Source: Paracoccaceae bacterium (GTDB lineage Bacteria; Pseudomonadota; Alphaproteobacteria; Rhodobacterales; Rhodobacteraceae). From it: a DNA stretch of 55,407 bases. The notes under the pieces were generated by a model. It did no database searches. It saw only the letters and a list, made by a program, of their open reading frames with translations, and was not told the DNA's origin. The stretch's first letter is position 1, and every line of letters begins with the position of its first letter. The translations under genes were made by a program, and so were the position numbers. Below are positions 22,101 to 29,686 of the stretch, piece by piece. Where the stretch lies: positions 1-55,407 of the forward strand of contig JALWPC010000422.1 in assembly GCA_026995265.1 (NCBI GenBank), read 5' to 3'.

Positions 22101-22350
22101 CATAGGGCGCGGCGGTGCTGTTAACCACCCCGAGCCCGCTGCTGACGCTCCCCGCTTCAATAATCCGCAGCTCGCCTCCCGCGCCTTTCACCAGCAAAAT
22201 GCCGCTGACAACCCAGGGTGAAGGCTGAGTGCCGCTATCGGGCAGGGTTCCGTCGACAATTTCAACGGTGCCGTTGATGGTCGCCTGTGCAAAGGCCGGG
22301 CCGGAAAGGGACAGCGCAGCGGTGGTGGATAACAGAAAACCGAACACCAT
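16168..22350 (-). CDS. Large autotransporter (type Va) with a repetitive passenger and a C-terminal beta-barrel
   Basis: ORF 16168..22446. The probable start is MVFGFLLSTTAALSLSGPAFA (signal peptide) at 22350. The passenger is built from modules of about 60 aa (GAGSxW...VG..G.GTL.I..GG.V). The C-terminal 280 aa or so have an autotransporter barrel pattern and end in LNLVKEF. Confidence 0.9.
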   Translation of the reverse strand: MVFGFLLSTTAALSLSGPAFAQATINGTVEIVDGTLPDSGTQPSPWVVSGILLVKGAGGELRIIEAGSVSSGLGVVNSTAAPYALATITGAGSAWTMSGKLYVGDTSTGLLTAENGGKVTSKGGNIGINAAAVGTITVTGAGSRWVNTGTLIAGNYGDATLDVQAGGVVNNGVAYLGNYAGSTGGATVDGAGSTWASSAEMYLGYSGSASLQVANGGAVTGKAGYVGFETGSTGTVTVSGAGSTWASTAELDIGRGGDGTMTVSAGGAVSNVAGYIGYYAASSSAVTVTGAGSNWANSSNLAVGYRGTGSLDILAGGVVSNVNGNLGRLAGAVGTATVSGAGSTWASSNALIVGNAGTGTLVIEAGGAATDIIGYIGFAAGSVGTATVTGAGSHWDSSAKTYVGRYGKGTLNIQAGGAVSNATGYIGFGSGSVGAATVTGTGSKWTNAADLYVGYGNKGTLDILAGGTVYNVNGFIGYNAGSVATVTISGAGSALVNSGELFVGNSGNGTLNVAAGGGIGSANGYIGYEAGAVGAVSVSGVGSDWLVSDLTVGNSGAGELIISAGGAVSGNMGYIGLNAGSVGYVRVGGVDSIWSNANDLIVGQSGTGTLAVVDGGTLINVNGYLGLNAGSVGQATVTGAGASWINTGDLLVGRYGTGSLNIEGGGAVSSSSGFIATKNGSSGAVLVTGAGSGWAVSNKLYTGFTGTGTLTIEAGGKVSDTTGYIGYNSHGVGTVTVTGAGSACTNSGVLNVGFYGQGTLNILAGGVVKNTASLIGGSETATGVVTVSGANSAWINLDELTVGGLGQGTLNIEAGGHVSSKVLTSIGFMAGASGVVTVTGAGSTWSNTGQLAVGEDGTGVLNIEAGGVVSNRDAYIGYNGDGTVNVSGPGSTWTNIGQLSVGYGGTGALNISDGGVVNSQTSIISGQTRSFGAVLVSGTGSQWVNSGNLFVGKAESGTLNIEAGGVVSYTEGYIGSGAGSIGTVTVSGTGARWIGSSSDNLYVGYAGTGTLNILAGGKVTNGTATIGFYAGSDGTVTVDGAGSSWVSKGFFFTVGNSGNGTLNISAGGLVKTGRSIVASDTRSTGVVTVEGVGSKWTVSDGLFVADKGVGALDISAGGMVTSAYGFIGSSASGIGGVSVSGAGSGWVNAGALTVGEAGTGTLTIADAGAVSNASAVIGRSSTATGTATVTGAGTRWDNAGTLTVGKDGSGTLRVEAGATVTSAGGVLGFGAGSVGTATVTGAGSGWASTAELYVGRSGAGTLDIQDGGTVSNSIGYIGYSASATGAATVAGAGSTWASSGAVYVGYFGAGTLIIEGAGSVSNTLASIGHVAGSSGAASVTGAGSSWTNAGALAVGKEGAGTLTIADGGVVSNTSGSIAEGANVIGTATVTGAGSQWTNSSTLLVAAGGQGTLNIAAGGLVSDSSAFVGYVAGSTGVASVTGAGSTWTNTADVFLGVSGTAELTVADGGQVLAGGVISIAQNAGAVGTLNIGAAATDAAGVAGGVDASAIVFGNGTGKLVFNHTNSAYDFGIGITGAGAVDVLSGTTTFSAVSNYTGDTTISGGTLLVNGAIASNTFVNGAGTLGGTGFVGNLFVEAGGTLAPGNSIGTIYAETADFAAGSSFAMQVANDGTGDILGVTGAAVIQSGSTLSIGPATAGEDGSSYDWVTMYLVIAADTVTGVFDSVVDSFAKLDATVTYDAANVYLTLIRNDISFSTVGTTANQTAAGTGVTGLGNGSEIYQAVALVGVDNAPLALDLLSGEVHATGKTLLAQDSQLALGTAFRHDATPGIHAWGDVAGNWSQFASDGNAAAASQSTYGVFAGADFNLGGRVDVGLMAGISKAGFGLDGRNSSGSDTAFHAGAYGKAIFGAVTLDFGALYSKYSVNTRRNVQVAAIDQTLTAAYGASSLSAFGEASYGFELPEATIAPFVNLTYISLQTEAFSETGGSAALTSAASMQGLSFATLGVRMSRDIRFGDKTAHLSGAIGWQQGFGDMLPLSDLSFTGQPSFSIAGVSAVSGAISLSAALDIDLGAGFNLALGYNGLIAGEAQSHAIQLNLVKEF
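17950..22100 (-). repeat. Tandem array of coding repeats of about 180 nt (about 60 aa) within the autotransporter passenger
   Basis: By my count there are roughly 28 G-x-G-S-x-W landmarks at regular spacing. The same periodicity produces the many mirror + strand ORFs with PAPVTV motifs. Confidence 0.8.
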
Positions 22351-22605
22351 TTTCCGGCGCCAGCGCCGCAGGCGCAGGGCGAGGCTTGAATTGAATGGGC
22401 AGAGAAGGCGAAGCCGGAAACGCGGCCCGATGGTATAAAAAGTCACTCGTTACAATCCCCTCAAAACCAATATCCGTTCACCGGAGATCGGGCCAATTTT
22501 CTTAAAATATCAGCAGACCGGAATGCACGGCCCTTTTCAAGGTATCAAAAGTGATACCTCCGGCGGGGAAAGGGTTGGTTTTTACGGGGGAAAGGGCCGC
22601 GAACC

Positions 22606-23388
22606 CTAAAGGTAAATCTGGTTGCGCACCATGGCTAAGGCGAGGGTTTGCGCGCGGTTGGTGGCCCCCATCTTTATCCGCGCGCCCTTGAAATGCTTTT
22701 GCACCGTCACCTCGGCAATGCCGAGCTTTTCGGCAATGCGTGCGGTGTTCAGGCCCTCGGCCAGCAGGGAAACAACTTCCCGCTCCCGGGTTGAAAGTTC
22801 CTGATAGCCGCAAATCATATGCCCGGCATCCCCATCAATGGTGGGGGGGCCGATATAGGCCGCGACCAGCGCCGCAATGCCGGTAACCAGCGCCGTATTC
22901 ATCCGGAAAGCATCCTCGCTATCCTCGCAGGCGGGCATAAACGAGACCAGCGTTTGCGAAAGCCCCGGTGAGCCGTCAAAGCTGCGCATGATATGCCCGC
23001 CATAGCCCGCATCCCGCAGCCCGTGGCACCATTCAACCGATTTAGGGTTCACCCCTTGCCCGGCAGCCGTGGACCCCGCCCGATGGGAAGCCGACAGCCG
23101 CCCGTTCTTACGGTTCAGCAACACAAGGTCGACATCACAAAAGCCGTTTTCGTGGTAATAGGTGCCCCAATCTTCATCTATATTCGCCCGGGCCCATGCG
23201 GGCAGCAGTTCGTTTTCCCGAAAACCGCCGATCAACAGCGCCTTGGCCCCGATAGAAGCCGCCGCCCTGTTGGCCACCTCCCAGCGCGCGGCATCATCTG
23301 CGGCATTTTGGAACGCCCCCACCAGATCAATCAGAATATTGGCTGCCCTGAGTTCAAAATGTCCCCCGAAATCCTTGTTCACCCTCAA
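22606..23388 (-). CDS. LuxR-family transcriptional regulator (LuxR-solo-like)
   Basis: 260 aa with a C-terminal LuxR-type HTH (LSTREREVVSLLAEGLNTARIAEKLGIAEVTVQKHFKGARIKMG). The N-terminal region loosely resembles autoinducer-binding domains. There is no luxI in the window. Confidence 0.85.
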   Translation of the reverse strand: MRVNKDFGGHFELRAANILIDLVGAFQNAADDAARWEVANRAAASIGAKALLIGGFRENELLPAWARANIDEDWGTYYHENGFCDVDLVLLNRKNGRLSASHRAGSTAAGQGVNPKSVEWCHGLRDAGYGGHIMRSFDGSPGLSQTLVSFMPACEDSEDAFRMNTALVTGIAALVAAYIGPPTIDGDAGHMICGYQELSTREREVVSLLAEGLNTARIAEKLGIAEVTVQKHFKGARIKMGATNRAQTLALAMVRNQIYL

Positions 23389-23594
23389 AACCCCGCTTTT
23401 GCACCCGCCAAGGCTAGGGCAAAACCTGCCCTTGGGTCAACCCTCGGGGCTTCGGAGCGGCTGAAGCCGGTTCATCGCAAACCTATCTCGCCAGACGGCA
23501 GCACGAGCGCCGTATTGTCGCCCGGGACAAAGCCATTTAACCCTGCAAGAATGGTATTCGCTAAATTAATTTTCCGTTTCATTTCGTCCAAAAT

Positions 23595-23747
23595 TCAGGC
23601 ATCAAACAGTCGGCAATAGGCCAGCCCGTTGCGCAACCCCTTGCATTTGGGGGTATCGTTTTGCGGCGCCGCCTGCACGCACATAACGTAAATTTCACGA
23701 TAGGCATCCCGGATTTCAGCGTTCTGGGCCTCGGCGTGGCTACCCAT
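23595..23747 (-). CDS. Unlisted 50-aa Cys-containing peptide, last gene of the 23.6-31.3 kb operon
   Basis: My own translation: MGSHAEAQNAEIRDAYREIYVMCVQAAPQNDTPKCKGLRNGLAYCRLFDA. Its ATG lies inside the last codons of the upstream ORF (ATGGATGGGTAG, 8-nt overlap). It is below the 60-aa cutoff of the ORF track. Confidence 0.4.
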   Translation of the reverse strand: MGSHAEAQNAEIRDAYREIYVMCVQAAPQNDTPKCKGLRNGLAYCRLFDA

Positions 23748-24006
23748 CCATCTCTGCCAGCATAAAGGTCATCAGCCGGGACATCATCGTGGTGCGCACC
23801 CGTTCGGTGCGCAAAACCTGTGCATCTTGCTCCATGGCCAGCCTGATCTGGTTTTCCTCACATTGTTCCGGGCAGAGCACCGCCAGCGTTTCCTGAAACG
23901 CGGGCTTGGTATATTTATGCTCGATTATGCGCATTTCCATGAACAGCGTCAGCACCACCGCCGCAATGATCAGGACCGAAACAACCGTGACCGTCAGCCC
24001 CGCCAC
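23740..24006 (-). CDS. Small N-terminally membrane-anchored protein
   Basis: 88 aa with one hydrophobic helix (LTVTVVSVLIIAAVVLTLF) followed by a charged tail. It starts 30 nt downstream of the wall-hydrolase-like gene. Confidence 0.55.
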   Translation of the reverse strand: MAGLTVTVVSVLIIAAVVLTLFMEMRIIEHKYTKPAFQETLAVLCPEQCEENQIRLAMEQDAQVLRTERVRTTMMSRLMTFMLAEMDG

Positions 24007-24035
24007 CGCTTCGCGAGAAAGCTTTGCTTTACCCC

Positions 24036-25379
24036 TTAAATCGCACCTCGCCGGATGGAAAGCAGCGTATAACGGTCGCTCTTTTTTGGGTAAGAGGTGA
24101 TAGAGACAGCGTCCCCCTGATTGCCGCCCAGCACCGCAATCCGGTCGCCAAGGTCTTTAACAAAAAACCCGACATGGCCGCCGGTATTCCATTTGCCGTC
24201 TTTCCCTTTGTATTTGCGTTTCCAAACCACAATATCACCCGCCTGCGGCGCGTCTGTCACATCCTCGCCCCAATCATTATCATGCCAAGACATCGCCGAC
24301 GCGCTTCTTGTGCCCCGTTGGCCCGAGGCCTCCACACAGTAATTCACGAAAGACGAGCACCAGGGCACCGAGTCCTCTGTGGCCTTGAGCGTGGTTGACC
24401 CGTGATACAGAATGATGCGCGGGTTGTTGGCCGCCCCGGGGGCCTCTTTAACGCCATGCGCCAGTTCTGCCCTTGCAATCTCATAAGGGCTCGCCCCGCT
24501 TGGGGCCCGCAGCCGAAAGCCACCGGTGACCGCCTCCAAAAAGCTCTCATGCATAAAACCATCGGCTTTGCCGTCGCCCTCAATGTCCACCTTTACCCAA
24601 GGGGGATGGGCGCTCTGCCCGTGCACCAAGGTGCCATAAGGCAGGGTCGTGACAACGGAATAATCCTCCCCCGGCCCCCGTCGCAAATTAAGCCCGTTTC
24701 TGGCGGAAACCGAAAGCATAGCCATGGGCGGTGGAAAGGCTTCGATCTCTGCCTGTGCAAGCGAGAACTGACCGAAATCATTGGAAGCCGGGTTCACCGT
24801 GTCGGCGTCATACTCAAAGCCAAGCTTGGGGAAACGGCGCGAACGCTGCTGTTGAATGTTCCAGTTTCCGCTTTTGAGCATGGTTTTGTAGCCACTCCAC
24901 CCCGTGGATTGCGCTAACCAAACCAGCCCTGCCACCCCCGTATCGAGCATATGCTGCCCAACGGTTCCCGAGCCATAAACCCCCACCCGATACTTGCCCG
25001 ACAGGGCCGCGCTTATGGCCGAGAAATACGCCTCGATAACCTTCAGATCCTTGCTTCTGTAGTAATCCCAATCGACCGCAAAATAGATCGCGCTCCCGTG
25101 GGGTTGGCCAAGCTTCTTTGCTAAGTCCAGCGCGCGCTTACCATCCCGCTTGGCGTTGGTGGCTGAAAAATCCGAGATTTTCCCCTTGTCTCCACCATTT
25201 TGCTCAAAAACCACCGCTAGCAAAAGCCCCGCGCCCGTAAGCGCTTTGGCTTCTGCTTTATCCAGCCTTTTGGATGAGTTGCTGTGGCTATAATACCTGA
25301 TAATCACCCGAATTCCGGCATGGAATAACTCTTCGGCGTGCCCGCCGATATTTTGTGACGCATCAATTACATAAGTCAT
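24036..25379 (-). CDS. Multidomain peptidoglycan-hydrolase-like protein (DUF1906 glycoside-hydrolase-like + SH3b + TIGR02594/CHAP-like)
   Basis: 447 aa. The N-domain matches the Rv2525c/DUF1906 pattern (IRYYSH...IYFAVDWD...YRVGVYGSG). The middle is SH3b-like (GLNLRRGPGEDYSVVTTLPYGTLV). The C-terminus matches the TIGR02594 pattern (VPWCSSFVNYCV...GGHVGFF). There is no signal peptide. Confidence 0.8.
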   Translation of the reverse strand: MTYVIDASQNIGGHAEELFHAGIRVIIRYYSHSNSSKRLDKAEAKALTGAGLLLAVVFEQNGGDKGKISDFSATNAKRDGKRALDLAKKLGQPHGSAIYFAVDWDYYRSKDLKVIEAYFSAISAALSGKYRVGVYGSGTVGQHMLDTGVAGLVWLAQSTGWSGYKTMLKSGNWNIQQQRSRRFPKLGFEYDADTVNPASNDFGQFSLAQAEIEAFPPPMAMLSVSARNGLNLRRGPGEDYSVVTTLPYGTLVHGQSAHPPWVKVDIEGDGKADGFMHESFLEAVTGGFRLRAPSGASPYEIARAELAHGVKEAPGAANNPRIILYHGSTTLKATEDSVPWCSSFVNYCVEASGQRGTRSASAMSWHDNDWGEDVTDAPQAGDIVVWKRKYKGKDGKWNTGGHVGFFVKDLGDRIAVLGGNQGDAVSITSYPKKSDRYTLLSIRRGAI

Positions 25380-25390
25380 AATTTTCTCCT

Positions 25391-26245
25391 TTAGTTTTGA
25401 ATCGCGTTGGCAATATTGGTCCGGTTGGACTTGAACGCATCCAAAAGCGCCTGTAGGGCGAGGCTAGGCTGATCCGCTTCCGTGACCTGCACGACAATGT
25501 TATGAACACCCGCTTCGGCTGCGCCGCTGGTGGCGGAAACGCCGAGCTCTGTTCCATAAATATGGCCAATGCGCAGCCGGCCCAAATTCAACCGATACAC
25601 TTCCTGCGCGGTTGCCACATCTTTGGCGACAATCGACGCCGCGGCCAAGCCGATAACAACCGAAACGCTTTTCATGCCCGACCCGCGCGCATTTGCCGAT
25701 GTCTCTGCATATTGCAAATGGTTCACCGACAGAATCCGGTTGTTCCCCGGGTGTGTTTCCCTCAGTTCGAGATAAAAGCCGGGTTGTTCTGCAAGGCCAA
25801 GGGCCGCGAGCAGATTGCGCGGCAATCCGGTGCCGATCCGGTTGTCCCTTACATCACCCCGAACACCGCGATAAATCACAAGGCAATTCGAGGTATGCGC
25901 GCCGCCCACCACCTTTTCAGGCGCACCCATTACGCCGGTGGCAACAAATGCGCCATTGCGCCCTTTTATGGCAGCGTCAAGGCTGCTGCCGATCAAATTC
26001 AGCGCGAAATCCGTTGCAAACCCGCGAAGGCCGGCTGTCGCGCGTTCGGTGTCGCCTTGGGCTTCAATCCCGTGAATACCTTCCGGTGTGTCTGTCGGGC
26101 AGGCATCCATATATCGGGCCGTGGCGGTCAGCGCATAGCCGCCGTCGCGCACGGCTTTCAGCCCTTCATAGGTGGGGGCTGTGCACCCGCCCGCAAACAT
26201 GGTTGTGGCCAGCAAGCCGCCGATCAATCTGGATTTCGTTAACAT
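25391..26245 (-). CDS. Lipoprotein of unknown function
   Basis: ORF 25391..26287. The start MLTKSRLIGGLLATTMFAGGC gives a lipobox (FAGGC). I recognise no other motif. Confidence 0.65.
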   Translation of the reverse strand: MLTKSRLIGGLLATTMFAGGCTAPTYEGLKAVRDGGYALTATARYMDACPTDTPEGIHGIEAQGDTERATAGLRGFATDFALNLIGSSLDAAIKGRNGAFVATGVMGAPEKVVGGAHTSNCLVIYRGVRGDVRDNRIGTGLPRNLLAALGLAEQPGFYLELRETHPGNNRILSVNHLQYAETSANARGSGMKSVSVVIGLAAASIVAKDVATAQEVYRLNLGRLRIGHIYGTELGVSATSGAAEAGVHNIVVQVTEADQPSLALQALLDAFKSNRTNIANAIQN

Positions 26246-26342
26246 GGCAATTTCCCCTAAAATCAACCGCCCCACAGGTAGGGACACTTGATTTTAGGGG
26301 AAAAAGCGCGCTGCACGGTGTGAGTAAAATGTGAGAAAAGCA

Positions 26343-28520
26343 CTATTTTCGGGCGCAATCCCGGCTTACATAAGCGCTCAGCGCGCTTGGCATTTCCAGA
26401 AGGACCCCGTCCTTCTTGAGCCGCGCAATTCGCACCTTGTTTTCGGTGGCTATTTCCGGACCGTTGGGGCGTTTGGGTCCGGTGCCGTGCCGAGGGATCA
26501 GGCAATGCGGGTTGAAGCGGCCATAGTCATCGCGGCCTAAGGCTGACAACTGCCCCGCCAGAAACCCCGATACCACCGCCGCCGCTGCGCTGGTGCCGCT
26601 TATAAATCCGGCGGTATCACTGAGCGTGCCGGTGGTTTTCAGGTTCGGGAGCACGCGCGAGTTTTCCGCGACCGACATCACATGCGGCGCTTGTTCCATG
26701 GCCCCATCTGGCGCGGCGCTTGAATAAGGCGCAGCAAAATGCGTGTCCCAGCGCATCGCCCCCACGCTGACCGTGTCTTCTTTGGTGTTCACATCCACTT
26801 TGTTGACCGTGTCATTGCTGGCAATTCCGGAAAGGCTGCCATTGCGCGCGATCACGCTGCGGCGGGGGACGGGGTCATCCACGGCCACATCTCCGAGGGC
26901 GTCAAAGGCGGTGGCCTCATAGCTACCCGGCCCCAGATGGTCATCGTCAAAATAGGGCTGGCGGCCCAAGGGGTTCATCCCAGAAACGGGCTGATCCTTT
27001 TGTATCCATGCCTGCATGGCCTGCCCGTTTGCATCCGGCGTCACCTCCATGTGCCACAGGCCGGCGGGGGCCAGACGGCGGCGGGTGCTGTTGGATGCGG
27101 TGGGGGCAATGGCAAGCAGCACACGCCAGTAAAGCGGGTTGTCATCTTGAAACTCACGTGGCAATTCGTGCAAAGGTTCATCCAGTGAAACCCGTGCCAC
27201 CGGGTCTTTTTGCTGGCCCCCTTCCGAGAGTATATAGGCCGCGTGGCGGGTGCTGGGTTTAATGCTGATTTCCGGCACATCAAACACCTGCCCGTCCGGC
27301 GTCGTGATCTTTATCTTCACACTTCTGGTGCTTTGCGGCAGCCAAACCTCCAGAAAGCTGCTGGTATGGTCATCCGGCAGAACCCGCACCGGAAGCCTGA
27401 ATGTATCGCCGCCAACATTGTTATTGGCATGAAGGCGCATCAGGTTTTCATTCCCCGCCGCGATTACCCGCACCACAGGGGGTGTTTCGGAGTTCAACGC
27501 GGTTACCACATCCTGCCGGTATTTCTCCCCCAGCGCCCTGAATGCCCGCTCCAGAAAATGCTGCCCCGTGCGCGCCCCCCCCGAAATACCAAAGCTGAAG
27601 TTCAGCACCACCGGAATCGGCACTTCATAATATAGGCTCATTCTAAGCGCCCGCTCAAAAATATAAATCGCCCCCGCTTGCGCAGCCGAAATCAGCGAGG
27701 CCCCCGATGTATCGCTGACCGAAAGGGCGGGAAGCTGCACCGTGATCAACCGTGTGTTGACCTCTCCGTCCTTGTTCAGGGCCGGGTCCTGCCCCGCAGC
27801 CAGATCGGCAATCGAGGTGCCGTGGCTATAGGGCCGGTTTAGCGTAGTGGGCATATAGGGCCCCCGCGCGCCCGGGGTCAGCCCCTGTGCCACCATCATC
27901 TCGGTTTCTGTTAGGCCGCTGTGCAAAAGCATGTCGGTAATATCTTGGCTGGTCAGCTCTGCACCAAAAAAAACTGTGGGCCCCGCTTGCTTGGCGGGCG
28001 CATCCTGCACCCAGGCATATTCAATGCGGCTGGGGCGACCATTGGGGGTGAAACGGCGGTTAAACACATTGACCCCGTCATCAATAATGCCAACAATCAC
28101 CAGCTTTTCTTTGTTAAGGCCGCTGTCCGCTGGTTCATGTGCCCCGTCCAAAGAAACCTTGGTGGCATCCGCCACTGCTTCTTTGCGAATGGGCAGCGGC
28201 GCAATCATGCTAAAGGTCTCTGGCGGCGGGAAGTCATTATCGAGCGCCTTAAAAACGATTGGCGGGATTTGAATATTTACCGCACTGGTAATCGGCGGCA
28301 AAACCGAGGTCAGGGTCTTGCTTTGTAGAAAAAACAAAAAATCCTCATCAGAGTTTCTCGCCGAATTGATTTGCGCCGAGGGCAAAAAATCAATCCCCCA
28401 TTTCAGCATCCAAATCGCGTATTCGTCATAAACAACACCCTTTTGGCCATCGGCATCCAGAAACGTGCCCATGGTGCAGTCTTTAACCCATTTAACCGCC
28501 CCGCCCATCCTCAAGCCCAC
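26343..28520 (-). CDS. S8 (subtilisin-like) serine peptidase with large N- and C-terminal extensions and no signal peptide
   Basis: 725 aa. The catalytic Asp (VGIIDDGVN), His (HGTSIADLAAG), oxyanion Asn (VLNFSFG) and Ser (SGTSAAAAVVSG) motifs appear in canonical order. Confidence 0.85.
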   Translation of the reverse strand: MGLRMGGAVKWVKDCTMGTFLDADGQKGVVYDEYAIWMLKWGIDFLPSAQINSARNSDEDFLFFLQSKTLTSVLPPITSAVNIQIPPIVFKALDNDFPPPETFSMIAPLPIRKEAVADATKVSLDGAHEPADSGLNKEKLVIVGIIDDGVNVFNRRFTPNGRPSRIEYAWVQDAPAKQAGPTVFFGAELTSQDITDMLLHSGLTETEMMVAQGLTPGARGPYMPTTLNRPYSHGTSIADLAAGQDPALNKDGEVNTRLITVQLPALSVSDTSGASLISAAQAGAIYIFERALRMSLYYEVPIPVVLNFSFGISGGARTGQHFLERAFRALGEKYRQDVVTALNSETPPVVRVIAAGNENLMRLHANNNVGGDTFRLPVRVLPDDHTSSFLEVWLPQSTRSVKIKITTPDGQVFDVPEISIKPSTRHAAYILSEGGQQKDPVARVSLDEPLHELPREFQDDNPLYWRVLLAIAPTASNSTRRRLAPAGLWHMEVTPDANGQAMQAWIQKDQPVSGMNPLGRQPYFDDDHLGPGSYEATAFDALGDVAVDDPVPRRSVIARNGSLSGIASNDTVNKVDVNTKEDTVSVGAMRWDTHFAAPYSSAAPDGAMEQAPHVMSVAENSRVLPNLKTTGTLSDTAGFISGTSAAAAVVSGFLAGQLSALGRDDYGRFNPHCLIPRHGTGPKRPNGPEIATENKVRIARLKKDGVLLEMPSALSAYVSRDCARK

Positions 28521-29686
28521 TCTTTCACGGCTTCATCCCAAAGCCACTTGAAGCGCGCGCTTTGCAAGGCGTCATCTGTCGGAAGAACATGGCTACGGGT
28601 ATATTCAACCCGATGCAGGTTTTGCGCCTCGGCGGCGCTCGGGTCTTCGTTATCAGCGGGCAACAGGTTTTGCGGGTTGTAATCGGTGCCACCGCATCCC
28701 TTACCGCTAAACGCGAGTTCATCAATCGAGGTGTCGCCGGAAACCAGCTTGAAAAAATATTTTGCCAGATGCACGCCAAGGGCTGTGCCCGCAAGGGAAT
28801 CAACCGGAAAATGCACGCCGGCAATGGTGCGGTTCACCGCAATGCGGGCCGCTTGATGCAGAAGCATAGCCGTGGTTTCGGGTGCCACCTTTTTGGACCC
28901 ATCCCGAATGACTTTGGCCAGCACCAAGGCCATAACATGTGCTTCGGTAGCGTGGCCGCTTGGCAAGGTGCCATGGGCGGGGGTGGGAATAATCGGCTGA
29001 ACCTGCGGTGAATAGGTTTCCGGGCGTTTGCAGGCGAGGCTGTGCTTGACCTGTAAAACCAGCCGCGTGGCAATGGTTTCCACAATGTTCAAAAGCTCGT
29101 GCGTATAGCGCATTTTCCCCGGTGACATGGCGCAAATGGCCGAGAAATACGGCAGCAAATTCCCCGCTTGCGTAAGAATTTCTGCCGTCCGATCCACCCG
29201 TAAATCGGCATAGGAGCGCATTTGCGGCATTTGCGCGGTAAAATCGGCAGGGGTCGGGCGGGTGAAAGTCATCATCCGGTAGCTATGGCAAGTCGTCAAC
29301 TGTCCAACCGTTCCGGCCTGAATGTGGTATATCGACAGCACATCCCCATCGCTATGAAGCTGAAGCCGCGCCATCACCTCGCCAATAACGGTTTCGGCCC
29401 GTACCATTTGCGACCATTGCCCAAGGGTGGCGGCGCTGTCTTGCGGCCAGGCGTCCGGCTTAAAATGATCGTAAACCCAAGGCCCCACAATCCCGTCACG
29501 GGCCGCCATCAGGCCAAGGGTTGTTGTGCCATCATAAAGCCCAGCGGTTTGCTGAACCCCGCTTGCGGCGGTGGCCGCCGTGGCAGCTGTTGCAGCCGTG
29601 GCGGCGGTGGCGGCGGTGGCGGCGGTAAGAATGGTCATTTTCTGGCTCCTGTTAAATGGCTGGTTAAGATGGAACGCCCGCTTCAA
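28511..29686 (-). CDS. PAP2 / vanadium-haloperoxidase-like phosphoesterase-fold protein with an Ala/Thr-repeat N-terminus
   Basis: 391 aa (375 aa if it starts at M17, 29638). All three PAP2 motifs are present: KHSLACKRP (Kx6RP), PSGH and NRTIAGVHFPVD (xRx5Hx3D). The N-terminus MKRAF...K + TAATAATAATAATAATAATAA resembles a signal-like n/h region. Confidence 0.8.
   Translation of the reverse strand: MKRAFHLNQPFNRSQKMTILTAATAATAATAATAATAATAASGVQQTAGLYDGTTTLGLMAARDGIVGPWVYDHFKPDAWPQDSAATLGQWSQMVRAETVIGEVMARLQLHSDGDVLSIYHIQAGTVGQLTTCHSYRMMTFTRPTPADFTAQMPQMRSYADLRVDRTAEILTQAGNLLPYFSAICAMSPGKMRYTHELLNIVETIATRLVLQVKHSLACKRPETYSPQVQPIIPTPAHGTLPSGHATEAHVMALVLAKVIRDGSKKVAPETTAMLLHQAARIAVNRTIAGVHFPVDSLAGTALGVHLAKYFFKLVSGDTSIDELAFSGKGCGGTDYNPQNLLPADNEDPSAAEAQNLHRVEYTRSHVLPTDDALQSARFKWLWDEAVKEWA
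29564..29626 (-). repeat. In-frame (Thr-Ala-Ala)x7 codon repeat at the 5-prime end of the PAP2-like gene
   Basis: The + strand reads ...GTGGCGGCGGTGGCGGCGGTGGCGGCGGT: three perfect 9-nt units, then synonymous-diverged units. Confidence 0.8.

Noticed and set aside
17780-22105. A series of + strand ORFs with recurring PAPVTV / TPPA motifs (for example 17780..18067, 18605..18982, 19739..20089, 21242..21439).
   Set aside because: They are the reverse-complement reading of the autotransporter's tandem repeats. Their periodicity mirrors the passenger modules, and none has a start context or independent support.
22541-22558. Hairpin GGTATCA-AAAG-TGATACC between the luxR-family gene and the autotransporter start.
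   Set aside because: It is a single short stem-loop without a T tract or a second copy. It could be a weak terminator or attenuator, but there is nothing further to support it.
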